IMG/VR virus record: IMGVR_UViG_3300011013_000010
Coordinates: 1,778 to 65,777 of that record
Length of the DNA stretch: 64,000 bases
Strand: one strand, 5' to 3'
Source of the DNA: a virus
Lineage: Duplodnaviria; Caudoviricetes
Shown here: piece by piece, positions 39,113-49,103 of the stretch
Position numbering within the stretch: the stretch's first letter is position 1
Layout of the letters: the number at the start of each line of letters is the position of its first letter
The notes under the pieces: generated by a model
The model's database searches: none
Told to the model about the DNA's origin: nothing
Seen by the model: only the letters and a program-made list of their open reading frames with translations
Made by a program: the position numbers and the translations under genes

Positions 39113-39396
39113 TGGTAAAGAAAATTAAGAAGAACACTTGGAAGAAAGCTCTCAAAGAAGTTCAAAAGGACATCACAAAGAAAGTTGGCTTGTTCAATCA
39201 AATGGGGGATGAGTGTCTCACCTGTCAAATGCCATTCGACAAGTCAAACATTGAAGAGGTTGCAAGTTGGCACGTTACAGTACGTAGAGAGCCAGATGTT
39301 GTTAATCTATACTGTCCTGACTGTTGGAAGGCAGCTCAAGAAACAGTAGAAGATTTTCACAAGCGAGTCGAGGAGCGAACAAATGAAAATAACTGA
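39112..39396 (+). CDS. Small zinc-binding protein
   Basis: CLTC...CPDC. Confidence 0.6.
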   Translation: MVKKIKKNTWKKALKEVQKDITKKVGLFNQMGDECLTCQMPFDKSNIEEVASWHVTVRREPDVVNLYCPDCWKAAQETVEDFHKRVEERTNENN

Positions 39397-40426
39397 AGGT
39401 CTTACATATGATGACATTTCGTTGAAACCGAAATACAGCGAAATACCAAATAGAGATGAGAAGAATGTTTCTTTGCTTTGTAGTCTTGGTTCACATTCAA
39501 TGAGATTGCCTGTAATCTCTTCTCCTATGGACACTGTGACTGAAAGTGATATGGTGATTGCGATGCAAAATCACGGAGGATTAGGTATCGTTCACAGATT
39601 CAATACGATTGAAGAACAAGTCGATATTGTTTCAGAATCTGATGCTCAAGCTGCTGCCATTGGTATGACTGGTGATTACCTAGAACGCACGCACGCTCTT
39701 CTAGAGAATGGAGTAAAGATTCTATGCATCGATACAGCACACGGACATCATTCTCATATGAAGACTGCTATCCAAGTACTCAAAAGACGCTATGGAAACG
39801 AAGTTCATATAATGGCAGGTAGTATTTCAACTGCTGATGCTGCTCAAGACTTGTCGCGCTGGGGTGCTGACAGTTTGAGAGTTGGCATTGGTGGTGGCTC
39901 CATTTGTTCTACACGTTTGCAAACAGGCTTTGGAACTCCTAACCTTACAGCAATCATTGATGCTAAGAGAGGTGTTGGGCAAGCTCAGTATATGGGATTG
40001 GCACGTAATGTTAAAATCATCGCTGACGGTGGCATTAGACAATCAGGAGATATGTTGAAAGCCTTCGCAGCTGGGGCAGATTTCGTGATGCTTGGTTCAA
40101 TGTTGGCTGGAACTACAGAGACGCCTGGTATTGTTCATCAGTCCGGCAATGGCTTCTCCCGTGGGCGAAAGGTTTATCGTGGAATGGCTTCTCGTCAAGT
40201 TCAAAAAGAGAGAGGTTCCACTTCAGCCCCTGAAGGTATTTCAGTTGATATTCCATATAAAGGTGGTGTAGATAAGGTTCTTGAACCAATCCCAGGTTGG
40301 ATCCGCAGTGGGTTTTCCTATGTTGGAGCCCGCAATATTATTGAGTTTAGAGAGAGAGTAGAGGCTTACAAACAAACACGCGCTGGTGTGTTGGAAGGGC
40401 ATACACACATTGAGTATGTTAAATGA
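39383..40426 (+). CDS. guaB: IMP dehydrogenase/GMP reductase (no CBS domain)
   Basis: [39 protein letters not shown]. Confidence 0.85.
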   Translation: MKITEGLTYDDISLKPKYSEIPNRDEKNVSLLCSLGSHSMRLPVISSPMDTVTESDMVIAMQNHGGLGIVHRFNTIEEQVDIVSESDAQAAAIGMTGDYLERTHALLENGVKILCIDTAHGHHSHMKTAIQVLKRRYGNEVHIMAGSISTADAAQDLSRWGADSLRVGIGGGSICSTRLQTGFGTPNLTAIIDAKRGVGQAQYMGLARNVKIIADGGIRQSGDMLKAFAAGADFVMLGSMLAGTTETPGIVHQSGNGFSRGRKVYRGMASRQVQKERGSTSAPEGISVDIPYKGGVDKVLEPIPGWIRSGFSYVGARNIIEFRERVEAYKQTRAGVLEGHTHIEYVK

Positions 40427-40758
40427 ATCCAGATCACATATATGGCAAAGAAAAGAGGATGATCAGTTTTGAAGATAAGGATGGCAACCTTGCTCGTTTG
40501 ATTGTGAAATTGAGACACGAGAGCCTTAGCAGGGCTGAGTTTTATCGAGCAATCACACTGGGCTTCATTGAAGATAATCCTCTTTTGGATGATTTTGTTC
40601 TTGCATACAAAAAGAAGAAAGAATATTTTCGTAAGAACAGACAAAAGATTCTCAATAAAGAACGTAAAGATTCTGATGAAACATTGGAAAGGTTTGGGTT
40701 AAATCCAAATGAAGTAGAAGATATATTCGATATTATCGAAGAGGAGTTAAAGCTATGA
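40423..40758 (+). CDS. Hypothetical protein
   Basis: Coupled ORF. Confidence 0.6.
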   Translation: MNPDHIYGKEKRMISFEDKDGNLARLIVKLRHESLSRAEFYRAITLGFIEDNPLLDDFVLAYKKKKEYFRKNRQKILNKERKDSDETLERFGLNPNEVEDIFDIIEEELKL

Positions 40759-41024
40759 GATCTTGTACAGATTGTTGTAAAATATTAGAGGAGCCTTGTC
40801 CCTTTGAGGAATGTAGATATCATATAGATTATGAAAAGGAACTTAATTGCACTCTCATATCAATAGGGGTAAATGGACCTATGACGCTCCGCCAAGTTGG
40901 TGAACGTTTGGGTATTAGTTTTGTTCGCGTAAAACAGATCGAAGAGAAGACAAAAATAAAACTTGGTAAACGAATCCTTAATAAAAAACTATCGAGCATC
41001 TTACCCGATGCTCCGACTAGTTAA
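40755..41024 (+). CDS. Cys-rich protein with sigma70 region-4 HTH
   Basis: MTLRQVGERLGISFVRVKQIE. Confidence 0.75.
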   Translation: MRSCTDCCKILEEPCPFEECRYHIDYEKELNCTLISIGVNGPMTLRQVGERLGISFVRVKQIEEKTKIKLGKRILNKKLSSILPDAPTS

Positions 41025-41047
41025 TGCATTACGTGAGGGCTCATTGA

Positions 41048-41473
41048 ATGGAAGATATAACAGCTATTGGATTAGTTTTGATGGTTTTCGGAATGGCGGC
41101 TAAGTCACTATTTGACTGGCTGAGGCAAAAGAATCTACAAAACTCTGAAGATAGGCTAAAAGCTGTAGAATCTAATATGAAAGAGATGAAGACTCTATTC
41201 ATCAAACACGATGAAGATCATCACTTTACCAATGAGCAAGTAAGAGAACTTCACGAGTGGCACGATAGGAAAGATGCCGACGGTGTCCCTGTTTGGTATG
41301 TTAGAAAGTCACTTGAAGAGATCATTAAACAAAATGCCGAAGCTGTTGTTCTTTTAGCTCAACAAAGCTCCCTCCAGACGCAAGTATTGAAAGAAGTATC
41401 AGAAAATCAGAGAGATATGCTTGTAGAAATGCGCAGGCTACACGTTCAGCCCACTTCACAACTGACACAATAG
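41048..41473 (+). CDS. N-terminal TM/coiled-coil protein (holin-like, tentative)
   Basis: Hydrophobic residues ~5-22; late-type motif at 41016. Confidence 0.4.
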   Translation: MEDITAIGLVLMVFGMAAKSLFDWLRQKNLQNSEDRLKAVESNMKEMKTLFIKHDEDHHFTNEQVRELHEWHDRKDADGVPVWYVRKSLEEIIKQNAEAVVLLAQQSSLQTQVLKEVSENQRDMLVEMRRLHVQPTSQLTQ

Positions 41474-41553
41474 AAGTTTTGGCGCTTTAAGCTATTTACG
41501 CACTATTTACTTGCAGATTCAACATTTTTTAACTAAAGAGGAGATTTAAAATA

Positions 41554-42528
41554 ATGTCAAAGAAAAACTTGATCGCGGAATCAACAGTACGCCAATGGGG
41601 CAAGCTTGCAAAAATTGCTCCTCTTACCGAAAGCTTCATTGAAGAGAGATCGGAACAATTCACTGAAGGCGAAGAGCTAGATGAGAATGAAGACACCTTG
41701 GAAGAGGATAACTTCGACAAGAGTGGTCCTGGTCCCCACCGTGAAGGCGCTGGCAAGGACGGTGAGCAGAAAGGTATTGCTTCAAACCAAGGTAAGGAAC
41801 CAAAAGATTCCCCAGATGGTAAGCTTGAGATTCCTGGCACCGGTTACGCAGGAGACCACAAAAACACTAGCAAGGGTCCTCAAAAGGGCAGCACTGACGG
41901 CGGACAACAACTTCAGGGTAAAGGAAATGTTACAGAAGGTCTAGACAGCTTGGAAGATGAAGAAGAAGACGATATGATGGGCGAGCCAGCTGGTGATGCC
42001 GGTCCTGGTGGAATGGACGATATGCCTCCTGCTCCCCCAATGGGCGACGAAATGGGTGGTCCCGAAATGGGCGGCGATGTAGATCTCGAAGGTCTTGTTG
42101 CAGCGATTGCTCAAGCAATCACAACTTCGACTGGCGTTGAAGTAAGTGTTGCAGGCGGAGCCGAGCCAATGGGAGACGAAATGGGTGGCGAACTGCCTCC
42201 ACCTCCAATGGGTGACGAGCCAGCTATGGGCGGTGGACTTCCAGCGGATATGCCAATGGACGACGATCCCGGTCTTGGCGGCGAAGAGGAAGAGGAAGTT
42301 GTAGAAAATCAATACAACCTCTCAGAAGTTGATGATGCATCTTTCCAACAGGAAGCTAATCGACGTGGCTACGCAATGCAGGAAGGTGCTGATGTTCAAG
42401 AAGAAGCAGCAGAAGTCCAGCAGGAAGATTTGGTTGAGAGCATCGCAAAAAAGGTTGCAGCTCGACTATCGAAGAAGTCAGCTAAGCGAGTACAGCGCCC
42501 ACGCAAGCGCAGAGTAGCTAAGAAATAG
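41554..42528 (+). CDS. Acidic low-complexity probable head/scaffold-type protein
   Basis: Many (L/I/V)xE sites, PMGDEMGG repeats, tandem late motifs 41491-41511. Confidence 0.5.
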   Translation: MSKKNLIAESTVRQWGKLAKIAPLTESFIEERSEQFTEGEELDENEDTLEEDNFDKSGPGPHREGAGKDGEQKGIASNQGKEPKDSPDGKLEIPGTGYAGDHKNTSKGPQKGSTDGGQQLQGKGNVTEGLDSLEDEEEDDMMGEPAGDAGPGGMDDMPPAPPMGDEMGGPEMGGDVDLEGLVAAIAQAITTSTGVEVSVAGGAEPMGDEMGGELPPPPMGDEPAMGGGLPADMPMDDDPGLGGEEEEEVVENQYNLSEVDDASFQQEANRRGYAMQEGADVQEEAAEVQQEDLVESIAKKVAARLSKKSAKRVQRPRKRRVAKK

Positions 42529-42558
42529 TCTAACAAGTTAAAAATAAGAATCACAGAG

Positions 42559-42586
42559 AATCCGCCGAAAGGTGGATTTTTTGTTT
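42559..42586 (+). terminator. Intrinsic terminator
   Basis: AATCCGCC-GAAA-GGTGGATT plus T tract. Confidence 0.8.
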
Positions 42587-42602
42587 GTGCAGAGACAAAG
42601 GC

Positions 42603-42631
42603 TTGACAAACAGAATGATCTGTGTTACAAT
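42603..42631 (+). promoter_or_regulatory. Sigma70-like promoter with AATGATCT spacer
   Basis: TTGACA-17-TACAAT. Confidence 0.8.
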
Positions 42632-42636
42632 GAACG

Positions 42637-42742
42637 TGCGCTCTGGTTGGAGCCTTACAATCGAATAAACTATAGTAGATGGATAAACTTGTGAAATCTA
42701 CGAAGCCCTGGGTGTGCATCAATCCCCCAGGGCTTTTTCTTT
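42637..42742 (+). ncRNA. Candidate ~105-nt small RNA
   Basis: Promoter, three hairpins, the last a terminator; no SD-led ORF. Confidence 0.5.
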
Positions 42743-42746
42743 GAAC

Positions 42747-42775
42747 TTGACACTTAGAATGATCTATGGTAGGAT
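42747..42775 (+). promoter_or_regulatory. Sigma70-like promoter with AATGATCT spacer
   Basis: TTGACA-17-TAGGAT. Confidence 0.75.
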
Positions 42776-42802
42776 GTATGAAACCTGAACGAAGAGAGAA
42801 AA

Positions 42803-43381
42803 ATGACAATGGCGATTAAAGGGCAAGCTTGGAAAACCACAGTGGAAAAGAACGCATCTGAGTGTGTGTATCGTATTCAAGTAACTGGTATTAAAGGCGT
42901 GCGTGAAGAAGCCCGTGTTGATAAGGTAATGTCAGACTGGGAACAAGCTGGAGATGGCTACAATCGCAAAACTAATGAGACTACATTTTTCTTTCGTAAG
43001 GATTTTAAATCCGTAGAAAACTTTATCTCTTGGGGGAAAGCTTTCAAAGAGTTTCCTTTGATCGAGGTAGACAAAAACGGAAACGTTAAGAAATACGTCA
43101 AGATTGGTCCCAAGAGTGCCTCTGGCGGCTCTCAGCGCATTTGTGGCAAGTGTGGCACCCCTGGACACAATGCTCGCACTTGTGGCGTCAATCGGGTCGT
43201 GAAGAGCACTAAGGCTGGCACACGTCAGTGCGGCAAATGTGGTGAGCGTGGTCATAATGCACGTACTTGTAAAAGTTCGGTAGCAATCGCAAAGGTTTCA
43301 GCTAAAAAGCCAAACAGAGGGCGACAATGCGGAAATTGTGGCGAATATGGACACAACAAGCGCACTTGTCTTAGCAAGTAA
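42803..43381 (+). CDS. Protein with three CCHC zinc knuckles
   Basis: CGKCGTPGHNARTC, CGKCGERGHNARTC, CGNCGEYGHNKRTC. Confidence 0.8.
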   Translation: MTMAIKGQAWKTTVEKNASECVYRIQVTGIKGVREEARVDKVMSDWEQAGDGYNRKTNETTFFFRKDFKSVENFISWGKAFKEFPLIEVDKNGNVKKYVKIGPKSASGGSQRICGKCGTPGHNARTCGVNRVVKSTKAGTRQCGKCGERGHNARTCKSSVAIAKVSAKKPNRGRQCGNCGEYGHNKRTCLSK

Positions 43382-43401
43382 TTTTTTCAAAGGAGAAAAA
43401 T

Positions 43402-44076
43402 ATGAGTGATGAAATGATTGATGATTCTGTTGCTTTTCCAACAGTTGACGAAGATAAATTCCGTATTGTTGGGTTGTATGGTGCCTTGACTGATAAGAAG
43501 GCGGCAGACATTGTATTTTCAATGATGGGTCTTGCTCATACGGGTGAAAAAGTAAAATATAACCTAACTGAAGAGCAAGAACTTCAGCTAGAAGCAGCCC
43601 ATAAAGAAGGGGATGAGACCTTTTCCTTTGAAGAAGAAGAACTTGAAAAAGAAACCATTTATGAGCCTTTTGATTTTTTGATTTCAACTCCAGGCGGCGT
43701 GGCAGTTGAAATGCTGGCTGTGTATGACACGATGAGAGATATTCGTCAAAAAATGGATATTCATACGCTAGGGATTGGGAAAGTGATGAGCGCAGGTGTT
43801 CCTTTACTGGCAGCTGGCACTAAGGGCAAGCGTCGTATTGGGGCAAACTGTCGCGTAATGATTCATAGCGTCATTGGTGGTGTTGGCGGCAATATGCACG
43901 AAATCGAAGTTGAAGCCAAAGAGATTCTTTTTATGCAAGAGCAATACAAGAAGATTCTAATGGAAGAAAGCTCAATGACCGAAGACCAAGTTTGTGACCT
44001 ACTTAATACGAAGACAAACAACTATTTGTCTGCTGAAGAGGCTGTTGAGTTCGGTATTGCCGACATCATCATTTAA
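43402..44076 (+). CDS. clpP: ClpP-family protease
   Basis: ISTPGG, MSAG, RVMIH, YLSAEEAVEFGIAD. Confidence 0.85.
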   Translation: MSDEMIDDSVAFPTVDEDKFRIVGLYGALTDKKAADIVFSMMGLAHTGEKVKYNLTEEQELQLEAAHKEGDETFSFEEEELEKETIYEPFDFLISTPGGVAVEMLAVYDTMRDIRQKMDIHTLGIGKVMSAGVPLLAAGTKGKRRIGANCRVMIHSVIGGVGGNMHEIEVEAKEILFMQEQYKKILMEESSMTEDQVCDLLNTKTNNYLSAEEAVEFGIADIII

Positions 44077-44106
44077 GTGGCAACACCTCTTCTATGAGGT
44101 ACTAAA

Positions 44107-44913
44107 ATGAAATGGATAATTGATTTATTTAATAAGATTCTGGAAGCTATTCTAAATTCTCAAACGCAGAAAGCATTTCCAGAACTTGAAAGAAAAGAAA
44201 ATAGATTTTCTATTACACAAGAGATGATGAAAGAGGAAAGCTCTAATCATATTGTATGTAACGGCGAGCCAGTTGAGATAGACTGGCATAAAGTCGTTTT
44301 GTGGGATGAACCCGGTGGTTTGATTTGTGAACCAAAACAATACAAAAAGAGAAAAGCCAACCGCACTGTCAAGATGTTTGTGGTTCATTGGGACGGCTGT
44401 CTATCATCCAAGATGATGGCAAATGTTTTAAAGAATAGAGGACTTTCAGTCGCCTTCGCTATTGATAATGATGGAACAATCTATCAATTGATGGACACAA
44501 GACACATTGCTTGGCACGCTAGAGGAGTTAATACTCAAAGCGTTGGCGTAGAGATTGCTAATGCAGTAGACCTCAAGCATCAGAAGTGGTACATCAAGCA
44601 CGGATTCGGTAAGCGTCCTGTTGTGAAGAATGTATATTTGGATGGCGTTAAGTTGCCTCCGATGCTTGGTTTTTATCCAATACAAATCAAGGCTCTCAAA
44701 GCTCTCACCAAATCTCTATGCAGTGCTCACAATATTCCATTGAAAGTCCCAACCGATATGGAAGGCAACCTTGTTATGAGACCTGATGAGCGTGTTACGG
44801 GTCGAGTTTTTAAAGGTGTTGTTGGTCATTATCACGTAACTAAGACAAAGTCAGATCCTGCTGGGTTGGCGCTTGATAAAGTAATCGAAGATGTGCTGGA
44901 AGGTGACTCATGA
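44107..44913 (+). CDS. N-acetylmuramoyl-L-alanine amidase (endolysin)
   Basis: VVHW, IDNDGTIYQ, AWHA, SVGVEI, VGHY..KSDP. Confidence 0.85.
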   Translation: MKWIIDLFNKILEAILNSQTQKAFPELERKENRFSITQEMMKEESSNHIVCNGEPVEIDWHKVVLWDEPGGLICEPKQYKKRKANRTVKMFVVHWDGCLSSKMMANVLKNRGLSVAFAIDNDGTIYQLMDTRHIAWHARGVNTQSVGVEIANAVDLKHQKWYIKHGFGKRPVVKNVYLDGVKLPPMLGFYPIQIKALKALTKSLCSAHNIPLKVPTDMEGNLVMRPDERVTGRVFKGVVGHYHVTKTKSDPAGLALDKVIEDVLEGDS

Positions 44914-46127
44914 GTTGGGAAGCCGCAGTTAAAAAACATTTCAGCAAGATTCCTTTCTCTTTCCAAAGATTGGTAGAAACAGTTGAAAATGTTTTAGACG
45001 AAGGATTGTCTCCAACAGCTATCGAGACAGACAAGATCCTTGCTGCCATTGCAGACACTGAGAAAGAGGAAGAAAAAGAAGAACCCAAGCCTGAACTTCC
45101 TGAGCCTCCAAAAGAGTCAGAGAAAAATAAGAATAAAAACTTAGAACTGGTTGTCAAAATGCTTACCGATCTTAGTCTTGACATCAAAGTAAACAAAACG
45201 CAAGTTAAAGTTCTTGCTCCAGATGTTGATCGCGGTGCATTGATGACTCAACTCAGAGACATCTTCGTTCCTTTGGGGTTTGAGTTTGATTCTCTTCGAG
45301 GCGGTACGTTTGGGATGCTCAAAAAACTTTCAAGAAAAGAAGGTTCAGCCTATATTGTCGTTAAGCCAGACAAAAGTACTGGTAGAGCAGCGCAAGTTGG
45401 TGCCGACTATGAGGAACAGCTTTCTAATCTCATTTCAAATAAATATGGCAAATATGGAATCACTGTAACTACAGCTGGGTCTGGTCACGGTTCTGATCTC
45501 ACCATTACTGGACCAAATGGGGTAATGACGGTTGAAGCTAAAACTTCGTCAGGTGCAGATTTTGGTCAGTTTCGTATGATTTATAGTATCGAATTACAGA
45601 GGTGGGCACCTTCCCCGACGGTGAGCTTTAAAAAGAATGAAGCACTTTTTACGGGATTGTTTAAAGAATACCTAGAAGAGTATCTTAATGAGTTTGCCAA
45701 GTTCCCAGATGTTAATGATGAAAAAGTAAAACAGAAAAAAGGATTTGTTACTGGATTCAATCCTAATCTTGGCACTGGAGATTTTAAGAAAGAGATTCAG
45801 ACTGCTTGGTTTGGAAATAGGACCGACCTTATTGTCCCTGTAGATTTTAAGAGCATTGCGGATTATTATGAGCGCAAAGGCGATAAGTTTATTCAAATCG
45901 GTGGACGCGGTCTTTACGCTTTTGACGCAGAAGATTCTCAGAAGTTGGGTATTCCAATGTTCAGTGTTCTGGGTAAAAAAGCTAATATCCGTTTTAGAAT
46001 TAAGCCAGAAATGGGATACAATGGACATCACAGTTTTACCGTTGCTGTCAAATTGACCATTGCAAAATCCAACAAAGACTTGACGAACGAAGAAGACCTA
46101 GATTCAATCATTGAAAAACTTCTTTAA
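44910..46127 (+). CDS. Protein with C-terminal PD-(D/E)xK nuclease-like domain
   Basis: GADYE...GSDL...VEAKT...DFGQ. Confidence 0.5.
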   Translation: MSWEAAVKKHFSKIPFSFQRLVETVENVLDEGLSPTAIETDKILAAIADTEKEEEKEEPKPELPEPPKESEKNKNKNLELVVKMLTDLSLDIKVNKTQVKVLAPDVDRGALMTQLRDIFVPLGFEFDSLRGGTFGMLKKLSRKEGSAYIVVKPDKSTGRAAQVGADYEEQLSNLISNKYGKYGITVTTAGSGHGSDLTITGPNGVMTVEAKTSSGADFGQFRMIYSIELQRWAPSPTVSFKKNEALFTGLFKEYLEEYLNEFAKFPDVNDEKVKQKKGFVTGFNPNLGTGDFKKEIQTAWFGNRTDLIVPVDFKSIADYYERKGDKFIQIGGRGLYAFDAEDSQKLGIPMFSVLGKKANIRFRIKPEMGYNGHHSFTVAVKLTIAKSNKDLTNEEDLDSIIEKLL

Positions 46128-46171
46128 CAAACCATTTTCAACTTGATACTGTCAAAAACAGTGAGGAACAA

Positions 46172-47761
46172 ATGAAAAAATATGCACATGGCTCTGGATT
46201 ACACGAAAAGATTCTCTTGGGAGTAAATAAGTTAGCAGATAACGTTGCTTCTACAATGGGACCGCGCGGCAGAACTGTTATTCTCAATCAGGCTGGTCGA
46301 GCGCCTATCGTAACTAAGGATGGTGTTTCAGTCGCCCGCTTTGTCGAACTTGAAGAGCCATTTGAAAATGCCGCTGCCAACATTATCAAACAAGCAGCAG
46401 AACAAACAAACACTTCAGGTGGCGACGGTACGACGACCGCTACTGTCTTGGCACGTGCTATTCTTGCCAAGGCACATCGGCACTTGGTTGCAGGTAACTC
46501 TCCTATTGAGGTGAAGCGCGGCATTGATATTGCAACCAAAGCCTTGGTCGCCGGTATCAAAAATATCTCACATCCAATTTCTAGTCTTGACGATATTATA
46601 AATATTGCAACAATCTCAGCCAATGGCGATGAAGTTGTTGGTAGAATGATTGGTGAAGCGGTCGATTCCATAGGTAAAGATGGTTCAATCACCATCAAAG
46701 AGGGTGGAGCTATGGAGACAACAGTTGAAGTAGTGGAAGGATTTAGGATTGATGCTGGAGTGGCGTCGTCAAAGTTCATCACTAATGATCGCCTTAACCT
46801 TATGAAGTATGAAAATCCATACTTTCTTGTAACTGATGGAATAATCAATCAAGTGTCTCAAATCTTACCAGCTCTTCAGTTGGTTGCAAGAGAAAAGAAA
46901 CCTTTGATTATTGTCTCGGAAGAGATTATGGATGAAGCGCTTGCGGCTCTTATTGCGAACGTATTGAGGGGTTCTCTTAAAGTGGCAGCTATTAAAGCTC
47001 CTGCATATGGCGAAGAAAGAAGAGAGATTTTGAGCGATTTGGCTCTCACAGTGGGTGGAACTTTCTTTTCAGAAAGCGCCAATGAACCTCGGGATATCGA
47101 ATCGGTTAAATTAAGTGATTTTGGTAAAGCTGACTCTATTGAGTCGAGCAAATATAAGACAACTATCATTAATGGCGCAGGAAGTTCAGACAATATTCAG
47201 GTACGTTTGGATTCTCTTGAAGCTGAATTGGAGGAAGTAGATGATCTATACATTTGTGAAAAGATTCAAGCTCGCATTGCTCGGTTGGCTAGCAGCGTTG
47301 CTATTATTTTTGTCGGTGGAAAAACAGAAGTTGAAATGATTGAACGAAAACATCGCATTGAGGACGCTCTAGAAGCCGTTCGTTCTGCTCAGGCTGAGGG
47401 AATGGTTGAAGGCGCTGGCGTGGCTCTCCTAGCCGCTCGCTTCGCCCTGGAGGACGTAGAAACTACTCACCCAGAGCAACAAGCAGGCATCCAAGTGATG
47501 AAGGAAGTTTGTGAGGCGCCAATAAGACAAATTTTAGAAAATGCCGGTGCTGGAGCAGATGTGATTATTGATAAATTGAGGAATTTGTTGAGTGATACAG
47601 ATAATGAACCTGTAGTTTATGATTTGGTGAGCGAAGATTATGTCAATCCCTTTGAGAAGGGTATTATTGATCCTGCAAAGGTAACCCGTTGCGCTTTGGA
47701 AAATGCTGCCTCGGCTGCTTGTGCTTTGATTACAACGGACTACGCTGTTGTTGAGGTGTGA
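46172..47761 (+). CDS. groEL: Chaperonin GroEL
   Basis: TMGPRGR, VTKDGVSVA, GDGTTTATVLA, GIIDPAKV. Confidence 0.95.
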   Translation: MKKYAHGSGLHEKILLGVNKLADNVASTMGPRGRTVILNQAGRAPIVTKDGVSVARFVELEEPFENAAANIIKQAAEQTNTSGGDGTTTATVLARAILAKAHRHLVAGNSPIEVKRGIDIATKALVAGIKNISHPISSLDDIINIATISANGDEVVGRMIGEAVDSIGKDGSITIKEGGAMETTVEVVEGFRIDAGVASSKFITNDRLNLMKYENPYFLVTDGIINQVSQILPALQLVAREKKPLIIVSEEIMDEALAALIANVLRGSLKVAAIKAPAYGEERREILSDLALTVGGTFFSESANEPRDIESVKLSDFGKADSIESSKYKTTIINGAGSSDNIQVRLDSLEAELEEVDDLYICEKIQARIARLASSVAIIFVGGKTEVEMIERKHRIEDALEAVRSAQAEGMVEGAGVALLAARFALEDVETTHPEQQAGIQVMKEVCEAPIRQILENAGAGADVIIDKLRNLLSDTDNEPVVYDLVSEDYVNPFEKGIIDPAKVTRCALENAASAACALITTDYAVVEV

Positions 47762-47771
47762 TAATAAATAC

Positions 47772-47800
47772 TTGACAAAGAAATTTTACTATGGTAAGAT
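47772..47800 (+). promoter_or_regulatory. Sigma70-like promoter, leaderless geometry
   Basis: TTGACA-17-TAAGAT, ATG 6 nt later. Confidence 0.65.
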
Positions 47801-47806
47801 ACGATT

Positions 47807-48496
47807 ATGCCAAAACGACACTATTCTAAAAAAATCCCTGCTCGTATTGATGCTCTTTTGACCGAAGATTTGGTTAAACTGGACCAATGGGCGTTCGGAA
47901 CTTTTCTTCCTAGTATTAAAATTCAATTTGAACGAAAAGGCAACATTACTGATAAGCAATACGAACATCTTGCGAGACTTGAAGAGAAGTTTTCAGACAC
48001 TAACAAAGAAATGATCATTGAAAAGCTCAAAGAAGCAAAGCTGTCTTTGGAAAAAGAAAGAGCCGAATGGACTAAAAAGTATTGTGGAACTCAAATTGAG
48101 AAAGATGCCAAACTTATAGCTGCTTACTATGAAAAGATTAATCTTAGTAAAGGGCAGCAGTATTATCACCACGCAGTAAGCGCTATTCTTCGTGACGAAA
48201 CTCCTTCTGAGAAGCTCTGTATGAGAATGATTAATAATCAATATTCTCAGCGTGTTTTAGAAGAACACAAAAAGGCTCCTCTGTATCCGGTCAATTCATT
48301 GGTTCAACCTCGAAAGATGTACACCAAAAGCTGGAACACTTTAAATGGTGTTGATTTCGCTTTTGTTGTTAAAGTCGACGTTGACATTCCCTCTGCCCGT
48401 AAGGGTGGTAAGAAATATCTTATTCTACCTAAGGGTTATACTAAAGGTATTGTGGTTGAGGAACGAGAATTAAAACTTTATAGGAGAAAGAAATGA
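47807..48496 (+). CDS. Hypothetical protein
   Basis: 229-aa ORF after promoter. Confidence 0.65.
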   Translation: MPKRHYSKKIPARIDALLTEDLVKLDQWAFGTFLPSIKIQFERKGNITDKQYEHLARLEEKFSDTNKEMIIEKLKEAKLSLEKERAEWTKKYCGTQIEKDAKLIAAYYEKINLSKGQQYYHHAVSAILRDETPSEKLCMRMINNQYSQRVLEEHKKAPLYPVNSLVQPRKMYTKSWNTLNGVDFAFVVKVDVDIPSARKGGKKYLILPKGYTKGIVVEERELKLYRRKK

Positions 48497-48831
48497 CACA
48501 AACAAAAGTTACTCTTACTTTGGATATGGAAGAATGTTTAGACTTTGTAAGAGATCGCCTCGCTGAAGCCGTAGATGATCTTGCTTCTGCACGAAATATC
48601 TTGGATAATGCCCACTCAGTCATTTTTGAGGGTGATGATTCGCGACATGCGCTTATCCATATGGATGTTTGTCGCCAAGAACTTGCTAAAATTGATCGTC
48701 AAATCTCAGAGTATATGTCTATTGTCGAGGGTCACTACGATGCTGAAAATACCCCCGATTCAGCAGAACCTCTCAAAGAAGTGGGGAATATGATTGAGAC
48801 GCTGCAAGGCGAGGCAAATAAACTAAAATAA
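48493..48831 (+). CDS. Hypothetical protein
   Basis: Coupled ORF. Confidence 0.6.
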   Translation: MTQTKVTLTLDMEECLDFVRDRLAEAVDDLASARNILDNAHSVIFEGDDSRHALIHMDVCRQELAKIDRQISEYMSIVEGHYDAENTPDSAEPLKEVGNMIETLQGEANKLK

Positions 48832-49103
48832 TGTACAAGAAAGGTGACTTAGTCTACATACCAGCTGATACTGCTTTAGAGAAAGAACAAAATGCGACAG
48901 CTTATTTTTCTGAGAACTATAGTCGATTAGAAGTTCCTAGTTTAGGGGTTATAATCGAGGATTGGCACACTTACGGGCTACAAAAACTATTTATCCCAAA
49001 TAAGGGGTTCTGGTATGTTAATCCACGTAACATTTATGAATCAAAGACAAGGAGAGAAATAAATGAGATTTCAAGCAGTAGAGCAAACGAACAATATGCG
49101 TGA
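48831..49103 (+). CDS. Small SH3/KOW-like hypothetical
   Basis: YKKGDLVYI...LGVII. Confidence 0.55.
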   Translation: MYKKGDLVYIPADTALEKEQNATAYFSENYSRLEVPSLGVIIEDWHTYGLQKLFIPNKGFWYVNPRNIYESKTRREINEISSSRANEQYA

